Source: Rhodospirillales bacterium (lineage in GTDB: Bacteria > Pseudomonadota > Alphaproteobacteria > MPNO01 > UBA2964). From it: a stretch of DNA of 64,000 bases. Within the stretch, counting starts at the first letter, position 1, and the number at the start of each line of letters is the position of its first letter. Shown piece after piece: positions 35,226-44,983 of this stretch. Location: assembly GCA_038120295.1 (NCBI GenBank), contig JAYOLL010000001.1, positions 205,140 through 269,139 on the forward strand. Direction: 5' to 3'. Below the pieces are notes generated by a model. That model saw only the letters and a program-made list of their open reading frames with translations, did not search any database and had not been told where the DNA came from. The position numbers and the translations under genes are program-made.

Positions 35226-37124
35226 TTACGTCGCCGCAGCTTTTTTTGCCCCCGCCTCCCGCCCCTGGGCCGCCCGCCGCTGGGCTGCAAGCCGGTAGGG
35301 TGCATTCGGCGCGCCGAATCCGCGATAACCGTTCTCGCGCTGCACGAATTCGAAGAAGAACCCGTTGCCAATCGTCCTGCTGAAAAGCTGGTAGAACGGA
35401 CCGTTGTCGTCCTCATCGTAAAGAATGTTGTTTGACTGGAGCCGTTGAAGATGGTCCGGGGCGAGATCGAAACGGGCCAGAACGTCGTCATAGTAATTCT
35501 GGGGCAGGTCGAGCACGTCGAAATTTTCCCGGCGCAGCCGGTCCGCAAGCGCGAAGATATCGCTGGTGGCCAGCGCAAGATGCTGCACCGCTGCGCCCCG
35601 GACGGACGAAATGAAAAGGTTGGCGCGCGTGTGGGGGGCGTCGCTGCCGTTAAGGGTGATCTGCAGCTTCCTGTTTGCGCTGCCGATCACCTGGCTCTTG
35701 ATGATGCCGTCCGGATCGACCACGTCGAACTGCGGCGACTTTCGCGTCGCGAAGATGGTTGTGTAGAACAGCGCCCAGCTCATCATCTCGTCATAGGTCA
35801 TGGTCTGGGCGATATGGTCGATATGGGACAGGCAGGCAGCATCGTCCGACGTCTCTCCGGTCGGTGCGAAATCCTGTTCCCACACTTCGTCGGGACGGTC
35901 GATCAGCCGGATGACGCTGTGTCCGACACCCTTGATCGTGGGAATTTTCGCTTCACTGGCGGCGATCTCCTGGTCGAAGTTTTCGGCCCGCAACGCGATG
36001 GCCCGTCGATGCGCGGCCGCGGCATCCGGCACCACCAGCGCGATATCCGTTACCGTGGTGCCGTGTTCCGAAACCGCGTCGTTTGCGTAACCCGCCGGCT
36101 CGGTATCGAGCAGAAAATTCAGACTGCCTTGCTGCCAGCGAGTCACAGCCTTCGATTTGTGACGCCCCGTGTTTCGAAAACCGAGCTGGCGAAAGAGCCC
36201 TTCGAAAAACGCCTTATCCCCCGGCTTTGTTGCGAACTCGATAAAGCCGATCTCGGCGATTTCGGGCTTGGCGGGCAGAGGTTTGAGATCGTTACGGGCG
36301 CCGAACGGCTCGCGCCCGACCTCGTCCATCAAATGGAGGATCGAGCGCAGCCCGTCCTTCGCCACCATGTCGGCGTATCCGCGCCGGAACTGGTCATTGA
36401 AAATTTCGAGGCTGATCGGTCCCGCATAGCCGGTTGCCTGCACCGCGCCCATGAATCCTGTGACGTCGAGATCGCCCTCGCCCGGCATGTTGCGAAAATG
36501 GCGCGACCAGTAAAGCAGATCCATTTCGATGCCCGGGGCATCGGCCAGCTGGACGAAGAAAATCTTGTCGCCCGGGATGATGCGGATGCTTTCCGGATCG
36601 ATCCCGCGGGCGAGGGTGTGAAAACTGTCGAGGATCAGCCCGATATTGTCGTGATCGGCGCGGCGGACGACTTCCCAGGCATCCCGGTGGTCGTTGATGT
36701 TCTTTCCCCAGGCCAGCGCCTCGAACCCGACGCGCACACCGAACTTCTTCGCGATGTCGCCGAGCTGGGCGAAATCCTCCGCGCACTGGCCGATTCCTCC
36801 CAGACTTTGCGGGTGCACCGACGAGCAGATCAGCATGAGATCCGTGCCGAGCTGATTCATCAGATCGAACTTGCGTTCGGCGCGCCTGAACGTCCGGTCC
36901 CGCAACGGGCCGTCCGGCAACCCTTCGAAGTCGCGGAACGGCTGGAAAAGCATGATCTCCAAGCCGTGATCCGAGACCATTTTCCGGACATCCGTAGGGC
37001 TGAAATCGAAGCTGATGAAGTCCTGTTCGAAAATCTCTATGCCATCGAACCCGGCTTTGGCGATGGCGTCGAGCTTCTCCGCGAAATCTCCAGACAGCGA
37101 AACCGTGGCGATGCCCGTTTTCAT
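35226..37124 (-). CDS. 3-dehydroshikimate dehydratase, QuiC1-type fusion (xylose-isomerase-like TIM barrel plus HPPD-like VOC domain)
   Basis: 632 aa. N-terminal sugar-phosphate isomerase/epimerase fold (MKTGIATVSLSGDFAEKLDAIAKAGFDGIEI...). C-terminal 4-hydroxyphenylpyruvate-dioxygenase-like tandem VOC domain. Confidence 0.75.
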   Translation of the reverse strand: MKTGIATVSLSGDFAEKLDAIAKAGFDGIEIFEQDFISFDFSPTDVRKMVSDHGLEIMLFQPFRDFEGLPDGPLRDRTFRRAERKFDLMNQLGTDLMLICSSVHPQSLGGIGQCAEDFAQLGDIAKKFGVRVGFEALAWGKNINDHRDAWEVVRRADHDNIGLILDSFHTLARGIDPESIRIIPGDKIFFVQLADAPGIEMDLLYWSRHFRNMPGEGDLDVTGFMGAVQATGYAGPISLEIFNDQFRRGYADMVAKDGLRSILHLMDEVGREPFGARNDLKPLPAKPEIAEIGFIEFATKPGDKAFFEGLFRQLGFRNTGRHKSKAVTRWQQGSLNFLLDTEPAGYANDAVSEHGTTVTDIALVVPDAAAAHRRAIALRAENFDQEIAASEAKIPTIKGVGHSVIRLIDRPDEVWEQDFAPTGETSDDAACLSHIDHIAQTMTYDEMMSWALFYTTIFATRKSPQFDVVDPDGIIKSQVIGSANRKLQITLNGSDAPHTRANLFISSVRGAAVQHLALATSDIFALADRLRRENFDVLDLPQNYYDDVLARFDLAPDHLQRLQSNNILYDEDDNGPFYQLFSRTIGNGFFFEFVQRENGYRGFGAPNAPYRLAAQRRAAQGREAGAKKAAAT

Positions 37125-37145
37125 TTTGCGCTCCTGACTGCCGCC

Positions 37146-37925
37146 CTAACCGCCGACCGGTACGCGTTCGGCTGCAAACGCAGGGTCCCCGGCTGCTTCG
37201 GCGCGGGCGAGTTTTCGGCAATAGTAGCGCCACAGCGTCGCGCCGCCGATGATGGCGGGGTCGAGCGATGCGCCGGTGGCCAGCTTTTCGATCAGTTCAT
37301 CTTCCTCCGGACATGAATAGGACAGGCCGGACGCATTGATCGCCAGCGCTTCGCGGCACATTTTCTCGAGCGCTATGCCCACCAGCACCGGATCGCAGAT
37401 TTCTACCCCGCAGGTGACGATCCCGTGATTGCGCAGCAGGATCGCGGTTCCGGCGCCCATCGCCCTGGTCATCGAGTCCGCGGCTTCGACGGTATTGATC
37501 AGGTCGGCAGGCCCATCCCAGCGCGGCGGGCGCACCGGCTGCGTGGTGCTCCGCGGCACCACGGTGCGCAGCGGCTCCTCCGACGCCGAATAGACCGAGG
37601 CGTAGAACGGGTGCGTATGGGCCGTGACATTGATCTCGGGCCGCTGCTTCATGATCTCGGTGTGGATCGGCCACTCGTTGTGCGATCGACCGTCACCGCC
37701 GATCAGCTTTCCATCCCAGTCGAGCAGGACGAAATCCCGAGCGTCGAACACCTCGCCCAGGGCGATACCGGCGCGCTTCATCCAGATGCCGCGACCGTCA
37801 GGGTCGCGCAGCGCCATATGCCCGACGACGCGGTCGCCATGGCCCTCGAGTTCGAACACCCGGCAGGCCCGCGCCAGCTCGTCGAGATCGGCACGCAGGC
37901 TGTTGCTCATTTGCTCCATAAGCAT
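37146..37925 (-). CDS. Class II aldolase/adducin family protein
   Basis: 259 aa. VTAHTHPFYASVYS and NHGIVTCG metal-binding His motifs. Confidence 0.8.
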   Translation of the reverse strand: MLMEQMSNSLRADLDELARACRVFELEGHGDRVVGHMALRDPDGRGIWMKRAGIALGEVFDARDFVLLDWDGKLIGGDGRSHNEWPIHTEIMKQRPEINVTAHTHPFYASVYSASEEPLRTVVPRSTTQPVRPPRWDGPADLINTVEAADSMTRAMGAGTAILLRNHGIVTCGVEICDPVLVGIALEKMCREALAINASGLSYSCPEEDELIEKLATGASLDPAIIGGATLWRYYCRKLARAEAAGDPAFAAERVPVGG

Positions 37926-38006
37926 CTCCTGTTCATCTCTTCCATTTTGCTATGTCCGGGGCACGGGGGCTGTCCAGAGAGAGCCTGTCATCGTACCTTA
38001 TCCAGC

Positions 38007-39572
38007 ATGCGAGGTCGCCCGAATATTGTCCTGATCGTCACCGATCAGCATCGTGCCGATCATCTGGGATGCTATGGCAATCCGGTGGTGCGAACGCCCA
38101 ATATCGACAGCATCGCGGCGGACGGGACGCGGTTCGAGCGGTTTTATGTGGCGAGCCCCGTCTGCATGCCGAACCGGGCGTCGCTGATGACGGGCCGCAT
38201 GCCGTCGCTGCACGGGGTGCGCCATAACGGGATCGCTCTGTCGGCGGAGCACGTGACCTTCGTTGAACTGCTGGCTGCCGCCGGATACCGCACCGGGCTT
38301 ATCGGCAAGTCTCACCTGCAGAACTTCACCGGAGCGCCGCCGACGCGGGATTTTCCTGAAATTGAAGGGCTGGAGGCGCCGCCCGCCGATCTTCGGGAAG
38401 CGGACCGCCGGCACCGGCAGGGCGCGTTCTACGATATCGAGAACCAGACGCTATGGGACGATCCGGAACACGGCGTTTCCTTGCCGTTCTACGGGTTCCA
38501 GCACGCGCGGATATGCACAGGTCATGGCGATCTGGTGGGTGCCGACTATCTGCGCTGGCTGAAGGAAAAGGGCGGCGATGCGGACGCGCTGGTCGGCGAA
38601 GGGAACGCGCTGCCGGATCAGCGCCGCGTCGGTCCGCAGGTCTGGCGCACCGCCGTTCCGGAAGAGCTCTACCCGACGCGCTATGTCGAGGAGCTTTCCA
38701 TCGAGTTTCTCGAACAGGCGGCCGGGACGGGTGATCCGTTTTTCGCCCAGATTTCCTTCCCGGATCCACACCATCCGTTCACGCCCCCCGGCCGTTACTG
38801 GGAAATGTACGACCCTGACGAAATCGATCTCCCGTCCTCGTTCGGCAAGGGCGATCTCCGCGCGCTGCAATATCTCTGGCAGGCGCGCGAGGCCGGTACG
38901 GCGGTCCGCACCTCGGCGACAGTGCCATTTGCCGTCTCCGAGGAAGAAGCCCGCGTTCTGATCGCGCTGACCTACGGCATGATCACGATGGTCGATGATG
39001 CGGTGGGGAATATTCTTTCGACGCTCGACAGGCTGAACATCGCTGACGACACGGTGGTGATGTTTACAAGCGACCACGGCGACTTCATGGGCGACCACGG
39101 CATCATGCTGAAATACCTGCTTCACTATCAGGGGCTGATCAGGGTCCCGTTTGTCTGCCGTGTGCCGGGACAGGCGGGGGATGTCAGGGCCGGACTCGGC
39201 CAGACCATCGATATCGGCGCGACGGCGCTCGGGCTCGCCGGTCTGCAGCCTTTCAACGGCATGCAGGGACGCGACCTGCTGTCGACAGAAGCGCCCAAAG
39301 AGTTGCTGGTTGAGGAAGATTCCATCATCCGCATGTTCGGCGACGATCCGGGGGACCGCGTTCGCACGCTGGTAACTGACCGCTGGCGCCTGTCCTGCCA
39401 CCAGGAAGCGGGCTGGTGGGAGCTGTACGATCTGGAGAACGATCCGGATGAGATCGAGAATTTGTGGGGCTCGGACGACTATCGGGATATCGCCGACGAT
39501 CTTATGCAGAAACTGATCGTAAAGATGATCGATCTGCAGGACCGCAGCCCCCTGCCGAGCGGGCGCGCCTGA
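38007..39572 (+). CDS. Sulfatase (arylsulfatase family, Cys-type formylglycine site)
   Basis: 521 aa from ATG 38007 (MRGRPNIVLIVTDQHRADHLG). CMPNRASLMTGR (C-x-P-x-R FGly motif). GKSHL. Confidence 0.85.
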   Translation: MRGRPNIVLIVTDQHRADHLGCYGNPVVRTPNIDSIAADGTRFERFYVASPVCMPNRASLMTGRMPSLHGVRHNGIALSAEHVTFVELLAAAGYRTGLIGKSHLQNFTGAPPTRDFPEIEGLEAPPADLREADRRHRQGAFYDIENQTLWDDPEHGVSLPFYGFQHARICTGHGDLVGADYLRWLKEKGGDADALVGEGNALPDQRRVGPQVWRTAVPEELYPTRYVEELSIEFLEQAAGTGDPFFAQISFPDPHHPFTPPGRYWEMYDPDEIDLPSSFGKGDLRALQYLWQAREAGTAVRTSATVPFAVSEEEARVLIALTYGMITMVDDAVGNILSTLDRLNIADDTVVMFTSDHGDFMGDHGIMLKYLLHYQGLIRVPFVCRVPGQAGDVRAGLGQTIDIGATALGLAGLQPFNGMQGRDLLSTEAPKELLVEEDSIIRMFGDDPGDRVRTLVTDRWRLSCHQEAGWWELYDLENDPDEIENLWGSDDYRDIADDLMQKLIVKMIDLQDRSPLPSGRA

Positions 39573-40801
39573 TGACCTCGGTTTCCGCCAGCACGGCCCA
39601 TACGGTCAGGGTTCTCGGGTTCATTGGCTCAGCGCATTTCATGAGCCATGTGTTCAACCTGGCGCTCCCGCCGCTGTTTCCTCTGCTGGTGCAGGATACC
39701 AGCCTCAGCTACACCGAACTCGGCTTCGTGATGACCGCATATGCGCTGGCTGGCGCCCTGTTTACGACCCCGATGGGGTTCCTGGTCGACAGATGGGGTG
39801 GGCGGACGGTTCTGACGCTGGGGCTCGCGCTGCAATCGGGAGCGATCCTGGCGGTAGGGTTTGTCAGCTCCTTCTGGGCGATGCTGGCGCTGTTCGTCCT
39901 CGCGGGCGTGGCGTATTCGGTCTATCACCCGAGCGACTACGCCATTCTGTTGGCCTCCATCGCCAGGGAACGGCTGGGGCGCGCGTTCAGCTTTCACGCA
40001 TTTTCCGGCAATACCGGGTCTGCCGCGACGCCGCCGGTGATGGTCGGGATTGCCGCGCTGTGGGACTGGCGAGTCGCGATGATCGCGGTCGGAATTTTTG
40101 GGCTGTGCCTGGCGGCTCTGATTCTGCTTCAGGGAGATTCTCTTTCGGACGGGGCGGACGAGCCGCGCAAAAAGAAAAAAGAGGAGGGCGCCGGTGGAGG
40201 CTTCAGACAGGATTTCCGCGTTCTGCTCTATCCGCCGATCTTGTTGTGCTTCCTGTTTTACGTGATCTCAAGCATCGGGTTCGGCGGGTTCCGGGCGTTC
40301 AGCGTGGCCGGAATCGTCGAGCTCTACGGCACGCCGCTGGCGGCCGCGAGTGGGGCGCTGACCGGATTCCTGGTCGGGTCGTCGGCGGGCATTCTTGCCG
40401 GGGGCTGGGTCGCTGACCGGTTCGGCGCAAAGATGATTACGGCGGCGGCTGGATTCCTCACCGCGGCCGCGCTGATCGCGTTTACCGGCACGGTTTCCAT
40501 GCCGATGGTCCTGATGGTCGCGGTGCTGAGCGCCGCTGGCTTCATGCGCGGAATGGTGCAGTCGACCCGCGATCTGTTTGTGCTCTCCGTTACTCCTGCG
40601 GGCAGCACGGGCAAGGTCTTCGGTTTCGTCAATAACGGCGCCCTTGTCGGCGCGGCAATCATGCCGCTGGTGTTCGGGCTGGCGCTCGATAACGGCAACC
40701 CGCAGGGCGTGTTCTACCTGACTGCGGGATTTATGACGCTGGCGCTCTGCACGTTTTTCGGGGTGAAGCAGCTCGCGGCGAACCGGGGCGAAGGCAGCTG
40801 A
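39572..40801 (+). CDS. MFS transporter
   Basis: 409 aa, 12-TM profile. Its ATG overlaps the sulfatase stop (TGATG). Confidence 0.8.
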   Translation: MTSVSASTAHTVRVLGFIGSAHFMSHVFNLALPPLFPLLVQDTSLSYTELGFVMTAYALAGALFTTPMGFLVDRWGGRTVLTLGLALQSGAILAVGFVSSFWAMLALFVLAGVAYSVYHPSDYAILLASIARERLGRAFSFHAFSGNTGSAATPPVMVGIAALWDWRVAMIAVGIFGLCLAALILLQGDSLSDGADEPRKKKKEEGAGGGFRQDFRVLLYPPILLCFLFYVISSIGFGGFRAFSVAGIVELYGTPLAAASGALTGFLVGSSAGILAGGWVADRFGAKMITAAAGFLTAAALIAFTGTVSMPMVLMVAVLSAAGFMRGMVQSTRDLFVLSVTPAGSTGKVFGFVNNGALVGAAIMPLVFGLALDNGNPQGVFYLTAGFMTLALCTFFGVKQLAANRGEGS

Positions 40802-41590
40802 TTATTCCGCGAGAATTTTCTGAATCTTCGGCCAGGCGTCCGCGCCCTTCTCTGCCATAAGCTCGCAATAGGCCTCGTTGCGCCAGTCTAGATAGCCGGG
40901 CCTGAAATTCGGCCTTGCCTTTATCGCTTCGTAGAGTTCCGTCACGCGCGGCTTGTCGTCCATCCAGCCCCAGAGCTGCAGCTCGTCGAGACGGATCAGA
41001 TAGGGCGTGTACCCAATCTCGGCGAGAGAGTAACTCGACCCCGCCATCCATTCGGTCTTCTGTAGCTGTGTATCGAGGTCATGGACGAATCTATCGAACG
41101 CGCGGACGGCTTCGGCGAATTGCGGCGCGTCCATGCCGAGCTCGATCTGCTGCCGCTGGCGTTCGCGGCGCTTCGGGTCGGGGATGCCGTCGATATAGGC
41201 TTTGAGTTCCTCTGCCGGGCGCGCCAGATGCTGGAAACGGAAGGCGATCGAGCCCGACAGCACGCCGGTATAGTAGTGCAGCACCTCGTCCAGCCACTTG
41301 GTCCATTGCCGCATGCGCGCCCGCTCGGCGGGAGAGGCCGGGCGCACCGGCGGGTCGGGGAAAGCGTCGTCGATATATTCGCAGATCACGGTGGATTCGA
41401 TGACGACCGTGCCGTCATGCACCAGCGTCGGCACGACGCCGTTGGGGTTTAGCTCCAGATAGTCAGGGGCGTGCTGGTCGCGGGTCCGCAGATTGAGCAG
41501 GTGCCCCTCCCACTCCAGCTCTTTCTCGGCGAGCAGAAGCCGGATTTTCTGGGCGCAGGTCGACATGTCCGCGTGGTAGAGTTCAATCAT
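40802..41590 (-). CDS. Glutathione S-transferase family protein
   Basis: 262 aa. N-terminal thioredoxin-like GST domain (MIELYHADMSTCAQKIRLLLAEK...VPTLVHDGTVVIES) and a C-terminal helical domain. Confidence 0.8.
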   Translation of the reverse strand: MIELYHADMSTCAQKIRLLLAEKELEWEGHLLNLRTRDQHAPDYLELNPNGVVPTLVHDGTVVIESTVICEYIDDAFPDPPVRPASPAERARMRQWTKWLDEVLHYYTGVLSGSIAFRFQHLARPAEELKAYIDGIPDPKRRERQRQQIELGMDAPQFAEAVRAFDRFVHDLDTQLQKTEWMAGSSYSLAEIGYTPYLIRLDELQLWGWMDDKPRVTELYEAIKARPNFRPGYLDWRNEAYCELMAEKGADAWPKIQKILAE

Positions 41591-41706
41591 GGAGAAGTTC
41601 CCTTTGTTCGGCGTTTAGTCTAACGCCGGCATCGGTTGTCGGCCATCGGGGCTGGTGATAAGTACAAACCAATGCTTTCAAACTACTAACGGATGGAATT
41701 ACGACC

Positions 41707-42696
41707 ATGGCAAAGCTCACCCTCAGTCTCGCCTGCTGCGATTACGATCGGACCCGCGCCCTGTTCGACGGGCGCGTCCCGGTCGAGGGATGCGAGGTGG
41801 TCGGCGTTCCGATGTCGCCCGAAGAAGCGTTTCACCGGGCATTCAAGTACCAGGAATTCGATGTCACGGAACTGTCGATGTCGAGTTACATGAACGTCCT
41901 GTCGCGCGACAACAGCCCCTATATCGGCATTCCGGCTTTCGTCTCGCGCCTGTTTCGTCACAGCTCGATCTATATCCGTACCGATCGTGGGATCGAAAAG
42001 CCGGAAGACCTGAAAGGAAAGACCATCGGCGTTCCGGAATACCAGATGACGGCGGCGCTCTGGGTACGCGGCATTCTGCATGACGAATACGGGGTGCGGG
42101 CCGAAGACATTTCCTGGCGCAATGGCGGGCTGGAAGAAGGCGGGCGCGAGGAACGCGCACCGCTGCATCTCCCCGATACGATTGATCTCCAGAGTATCCC
42201 GAAAGACGAAACCCTGGCGCAGCAGCTCGACGACGGCCGGCTGGATGCGGTCATTTCCGCCCGCGCGCCCTCGACCTACTACACCAACGAAAATATCGAC
42301 CGGCTGTTTCCCGATTATAAGACGGCCGAGCAGGCCTACTATGCCAAGACCGGCATGTTCCCGATCATGCATCTTGTCGGCGTAAGGCGGTCCATTGTGG
42401 AGAAACATCCCTGGCTGCCGGTCAATCTCTATGTCGCCTTCCTGAAAGCCAAGGCGCTCTGCTACGAGGAGATGGAGCAGGTCGGTCACCTGGCGCACAC
42501 CATGCCCTGGCCGGTCTACGAGCTGGAGCAGGTGCGCAAGCTGATGGGGCCGGATCACTGGAAGTACGGAATCCAGGAGAACGAGAAGGAAATCTCGGCC
42601 GTGACCCGCTATTCGTTCGAACAGGGAATTTCGGCCCGCAAGCTCGAGGCGGAAGATCTGTTCGCAGAGGCGACTTTCGAGCTGTACAAGCTCTAG
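41707..42696 (+). CDS. 4,5-dihydroxyphthalate decarboxylase-like protein (PhtD family, SBP-like fold)
   Basis: 329 aa. MAKLTLSLACCDYDRTRALFDG N-terminus characteristic of the PhtD-like family. Confidence 0.65.
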   Translation: MAKLTLSLACCDYDRTRALFDGRVPVEGCEVVGVPMSPEEAFHRAFKYQEFDVTELSMSSYMNVLSRDNSPYIGIPAFVSRLFRHSSIYIRTDRGIEKPEDLKGKTIGVPEYQMTAALWVRGILHDEYGVRAEDISWRNGGLEEGGREERAPLHLPDTIDLQSIPKDETLAQQLDDGRLDAVISARAPSTYYTNENIDRLFPDYKTAEQAYYAKTGMFPIMHLVGVRRSIVEKHPWLPVNLYVAFLKAKALCYEEMEQVGHLAHTMPWPVYELEQVRKLMGPDHWKYGIQENEKEISAVTRYSFEQGISARKLEAEDLFAEATFELYKL

Positions 42697-42707
42697 GAGC
42701 CGAAAAG

Positions 42708-43313
42708 ATGACGCGGATTGCGCCGCTTAGGCGCGAGGATCATCCCGACCTCGACGAGAAGTTCTTCAGGCCCTACGAGGAATCGCGCGGCTATGTGCCG
42801 AACTCCAACCTCGTTATGGCTCGCAGACCCAAGGTGCTGGCGGCGTTCCGCGCGCTGAACGCGGCGGTGTTCGATCCTGAGAACAGCGTACCTGCCGGGT
42901 TGCTTGCGCTGGTCGGGAATATCGCGAGCCAGGCTGCAGGTTGCATGTATTGCGTCGCGCATACGGCTAACAATGCGGGTATTCACGGCGTCGATGCGGC
43001 AAAAGTCGCGGCGCTGTGGGAATATGAGACCAGCCCGCTGTTCGACGATGCCGAACGGGCGGCGCTGCGGTTCGCCCAGGCGGCAGCGTCGGTGCCCAAT
43101 ATGGTGACGGACGAGGACGTCGATGCCGTGAAGGCGCATTTCGGCGAAGACGGCGCGGTGGAAATCCTGACGGTGGTGTCCTGGTACGGATTTCTCAATC
43201 GCTGGAACGACAGCCTCGCGACGGACCTGGAAGAGGTCGCCTTTGATAAGGCGTCGGATACGCTGGCTTCGACCGGCTGGGATGCCGGCAAGCATCGCCC
43301 GCCGACGCGTTAG
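42708..43313 (+). CDS. Carboxymuconolactone decarboxylase (AhpD-like) family protein
   Basis: 201 aa. CMYCVAHT (CxxC/H AhpD-fold motif). Confidence 0.75.
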   Translation: MTRIAPLRREDHPDLDEKFFRPYEESRGYVPNSNLVMARRPKVLAAFRALNAAVFDPENSVPAGLLALVGNIASQAAGCMYCVAHTANNAGIHGVDAAKVAALWEYETSPLFDDAERAALRFAQAAASVPNMVTDEDVDAVKAHFGEDGAVEILTVVSWYGFLNRWNDSLATDLEEVAFDKASDTLASTGWDAGKHRPPTR

Positions 43314-43322
43314 GGAATCGGG

Positions 43323-44195
43323 TTACGAAACGCCGATTTGCGCGCGCACCGTTTTCGACAGTGTGCTTTCGGAATCGAGATATTCGTTGATCGTCGTGAA
43401 GTGATGCTTGCCCTGCATCACCCAGGCGCTGACGTCATGACCCTGGGCCGACCAGGTAGAGGCGAGATCCTCGGACTGACGAACGAACTCGGGGCCCTCA
43501 TCGCCTCCAACCAGCAGTAGCAGCGGCGCCACGCGACCGGGCGTCATCAGGACCGGACTGAATTCCTCGGCTTCTTTCGGAGAGAACTGCAGATCGTCGT
43601 TCTGGAACGACAGCCGCACGGGTTCGAGGTCGTACACGCCGCTTATCCCGCAGCCCGCCTTGACCAGATCAGCCGGCAGGTCTTCGGCATAGGAAGGCCA
43701 GTCGGTAGATGCCAGCATTGCCGTGATGTGCCCGCCTGCGGAATGACCGGAAACCGTGATGTTATCGGGATCGCAATCCATCTCTGCAGCGTTGCGCCAC
43801 ACCCAGGCCATCGCTGCGCGGCACCGCTCAATCAGCGTGTCCATACGTACGCCCGGAATAAGAGGATATTCGACCACCACCGTCGTCACCCCGTAGGGAA
43901 CGAACGGCTTGGCGACAAACCCGAAATCGTTCTTGGTGTTCGATTTCCAGTATCCGCCGTGAAAAAACACATGTACGGGACGCGGGCCTATCGACTCTCC
44001 GTGATAGATGTCGAGCAGATCGGTCGAGCCGGAACCGAACCGGTGATCCAGCAGGGTGTGATATTGCGCCTTGGCCTCGTCCGACCCGGAGATTTGCGCG
44101 GCCTTGCATTCTGCCGTATCGGGCACCTTGCCGCGATTATTGTATTCCCAGTCCAGCGCTTCCTGATCGTAGCTGCGAAATACCGGTTCTGCCAT
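43323..44195 (-). CDS. Alpha/beta-hydrolase (esterase/arylformamidase-like)
   Basis: 290 aa. HGGYW oxyanion motif, SGHSAGG nucleophile elbow. Confidence 0.75.
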   Translation of the reverse strand: MAEPVFRSYDQEALDWEYNNRGKVPDTAECKAAQISGSDEAKAQYHTLLDHRFGSGSTDLLDIYHGESIGPRPVHVFFHGGYWKSNTKNDFGFVAKPFVPYGVTTVVVEYPLIPGVRMDTLIERCRAAMAWVWRNAAEMDCDPDNITVSGHSAGGHITAMLASTDWPSYAEDLPADLVKAGCGISGVYDLEPVRLSFQNDDLQFSPKEAEEFSPVLMTPGRVAPLLLLVGGDEGPEFVRQSEDLASTWSAQGHDVSAWVMQGKHHFTTINEYLDSESTLSKTVRAQIGVS

Positions 44196-44343
44196 GGGAG
44201 TCCTCGATTGTGATTATCACGGGAAAAACATTGTGATGACGTAGAAATATAGTTGCAAATCCCGCTTGGGTCAAAATGCCGTCCGTATTGACCCTTGGCC
44301 TTATTTTGACAGAATAGCATTTCTTCGAACGGAATATGGAAAA

Positions 44344-44685
44344 ATCATGCCTTCCAAGGAAGATCCCGGACGCGGTTATCATGATATTGGCGGACTCGAT
44401 GCCGGGTCCATCCCGCTTGAAACGACGGACATGAAGCCGTGGGAGAAGCTGTCGACCGCTATCAGCAATGCTCTTGGCGCGGGGGGACGGGGTTATTACG
44501 TCACGGACGAATCAAGGCGCGCGCGCGAACAGATGGGCGATCCACCCTATAGCGATCTTGGATATTTCGAACGCGCAACAGAATCGATGAAGATGGTGCT
44601 GATCGAGAAGGGACTGTTTTCATCCGAAGAGCTCGAATCTCGGATGAAGGAAATCGAACAGCGTATGGCAGAGGCGCGCAAATGA
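44344..44685 (+). CDS. Nitrile hydratase beta subunit, N-terminal half (SCNase-beta/ToyK-like split subunit)
   Basis: 113 aa. HDIGGLDAGSIP matches the NHase-beta N-terminal HDLGG motif. Its stop overlaps the next ATG (ATGA). Confidence 0.7.
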   Translation: MMPSKEDPGRGYHDIGGLDAGSIPLETTDMKPWEKLSTAISNALGAGGRGYYVTDESRRAREQMGDPPYSDLGYFERATESMKMVLIEKGLFSSEELESRMKEIEQRMAEARK

Positions 44686-44966
44686 GTGCGCTCTATCAGG
44701 CTGGCGATCGGGTGAGGGTCATTGCGACCAACCCGCCCGGTCATCGAAGGACGCCATACTATATTCGCGGCAAGGTGGGCGAAGTCGAACGGGTGTGCGG
44801 CGCGCATCCGAATCCGGAGGAACTCGCTTACGGATTCGATGGCCTGCCGGCGAAGATGCTCTATCGTGTCCGGTTCAAACAGAAAGAGGTCTGGGATGCC
44901 TATTCGGGACCCGAGACCGATACGGTCGATGTCGACATCTACGAACACTGGCTTCGTCCAGCGTAA
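44682..44966 (+). CDS. Nitrile hydratase beta subunit, C-terminal half (SCNase-alpha/ToyL-like split subunit)
   Basis: 94 aa. GDRVRVIATNPPGHRRTPYYIRGKVGEVERV...YRVRF...VDVDIYEHWLRPA matches the NHase-beta C-terminal barrel. Confidence 0.7.
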   Translation: MSALYQAGDRVRVIATNPPGHRRTPYYIRGKVGEVERVCGAHPNPEELAYGFDGLPAKMLYRVRFKQKEVWDAYSGPETDTVDVDIYEHWLRPA

Positions 44967-44983
44967 TTCAGAGGAGATTTGAA

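Noticed and set aside
37425-39572. 715-aa ORF spanning the sulfatase gene and 580 bp upstream
   Set aside because: The first 194 codons are antisense to the class II aldolase gene and have no sulfatase-like sequence. The sulfatase proper begins at ATG 38007 (MRGRPNIVLIVTDQHRADHLG).
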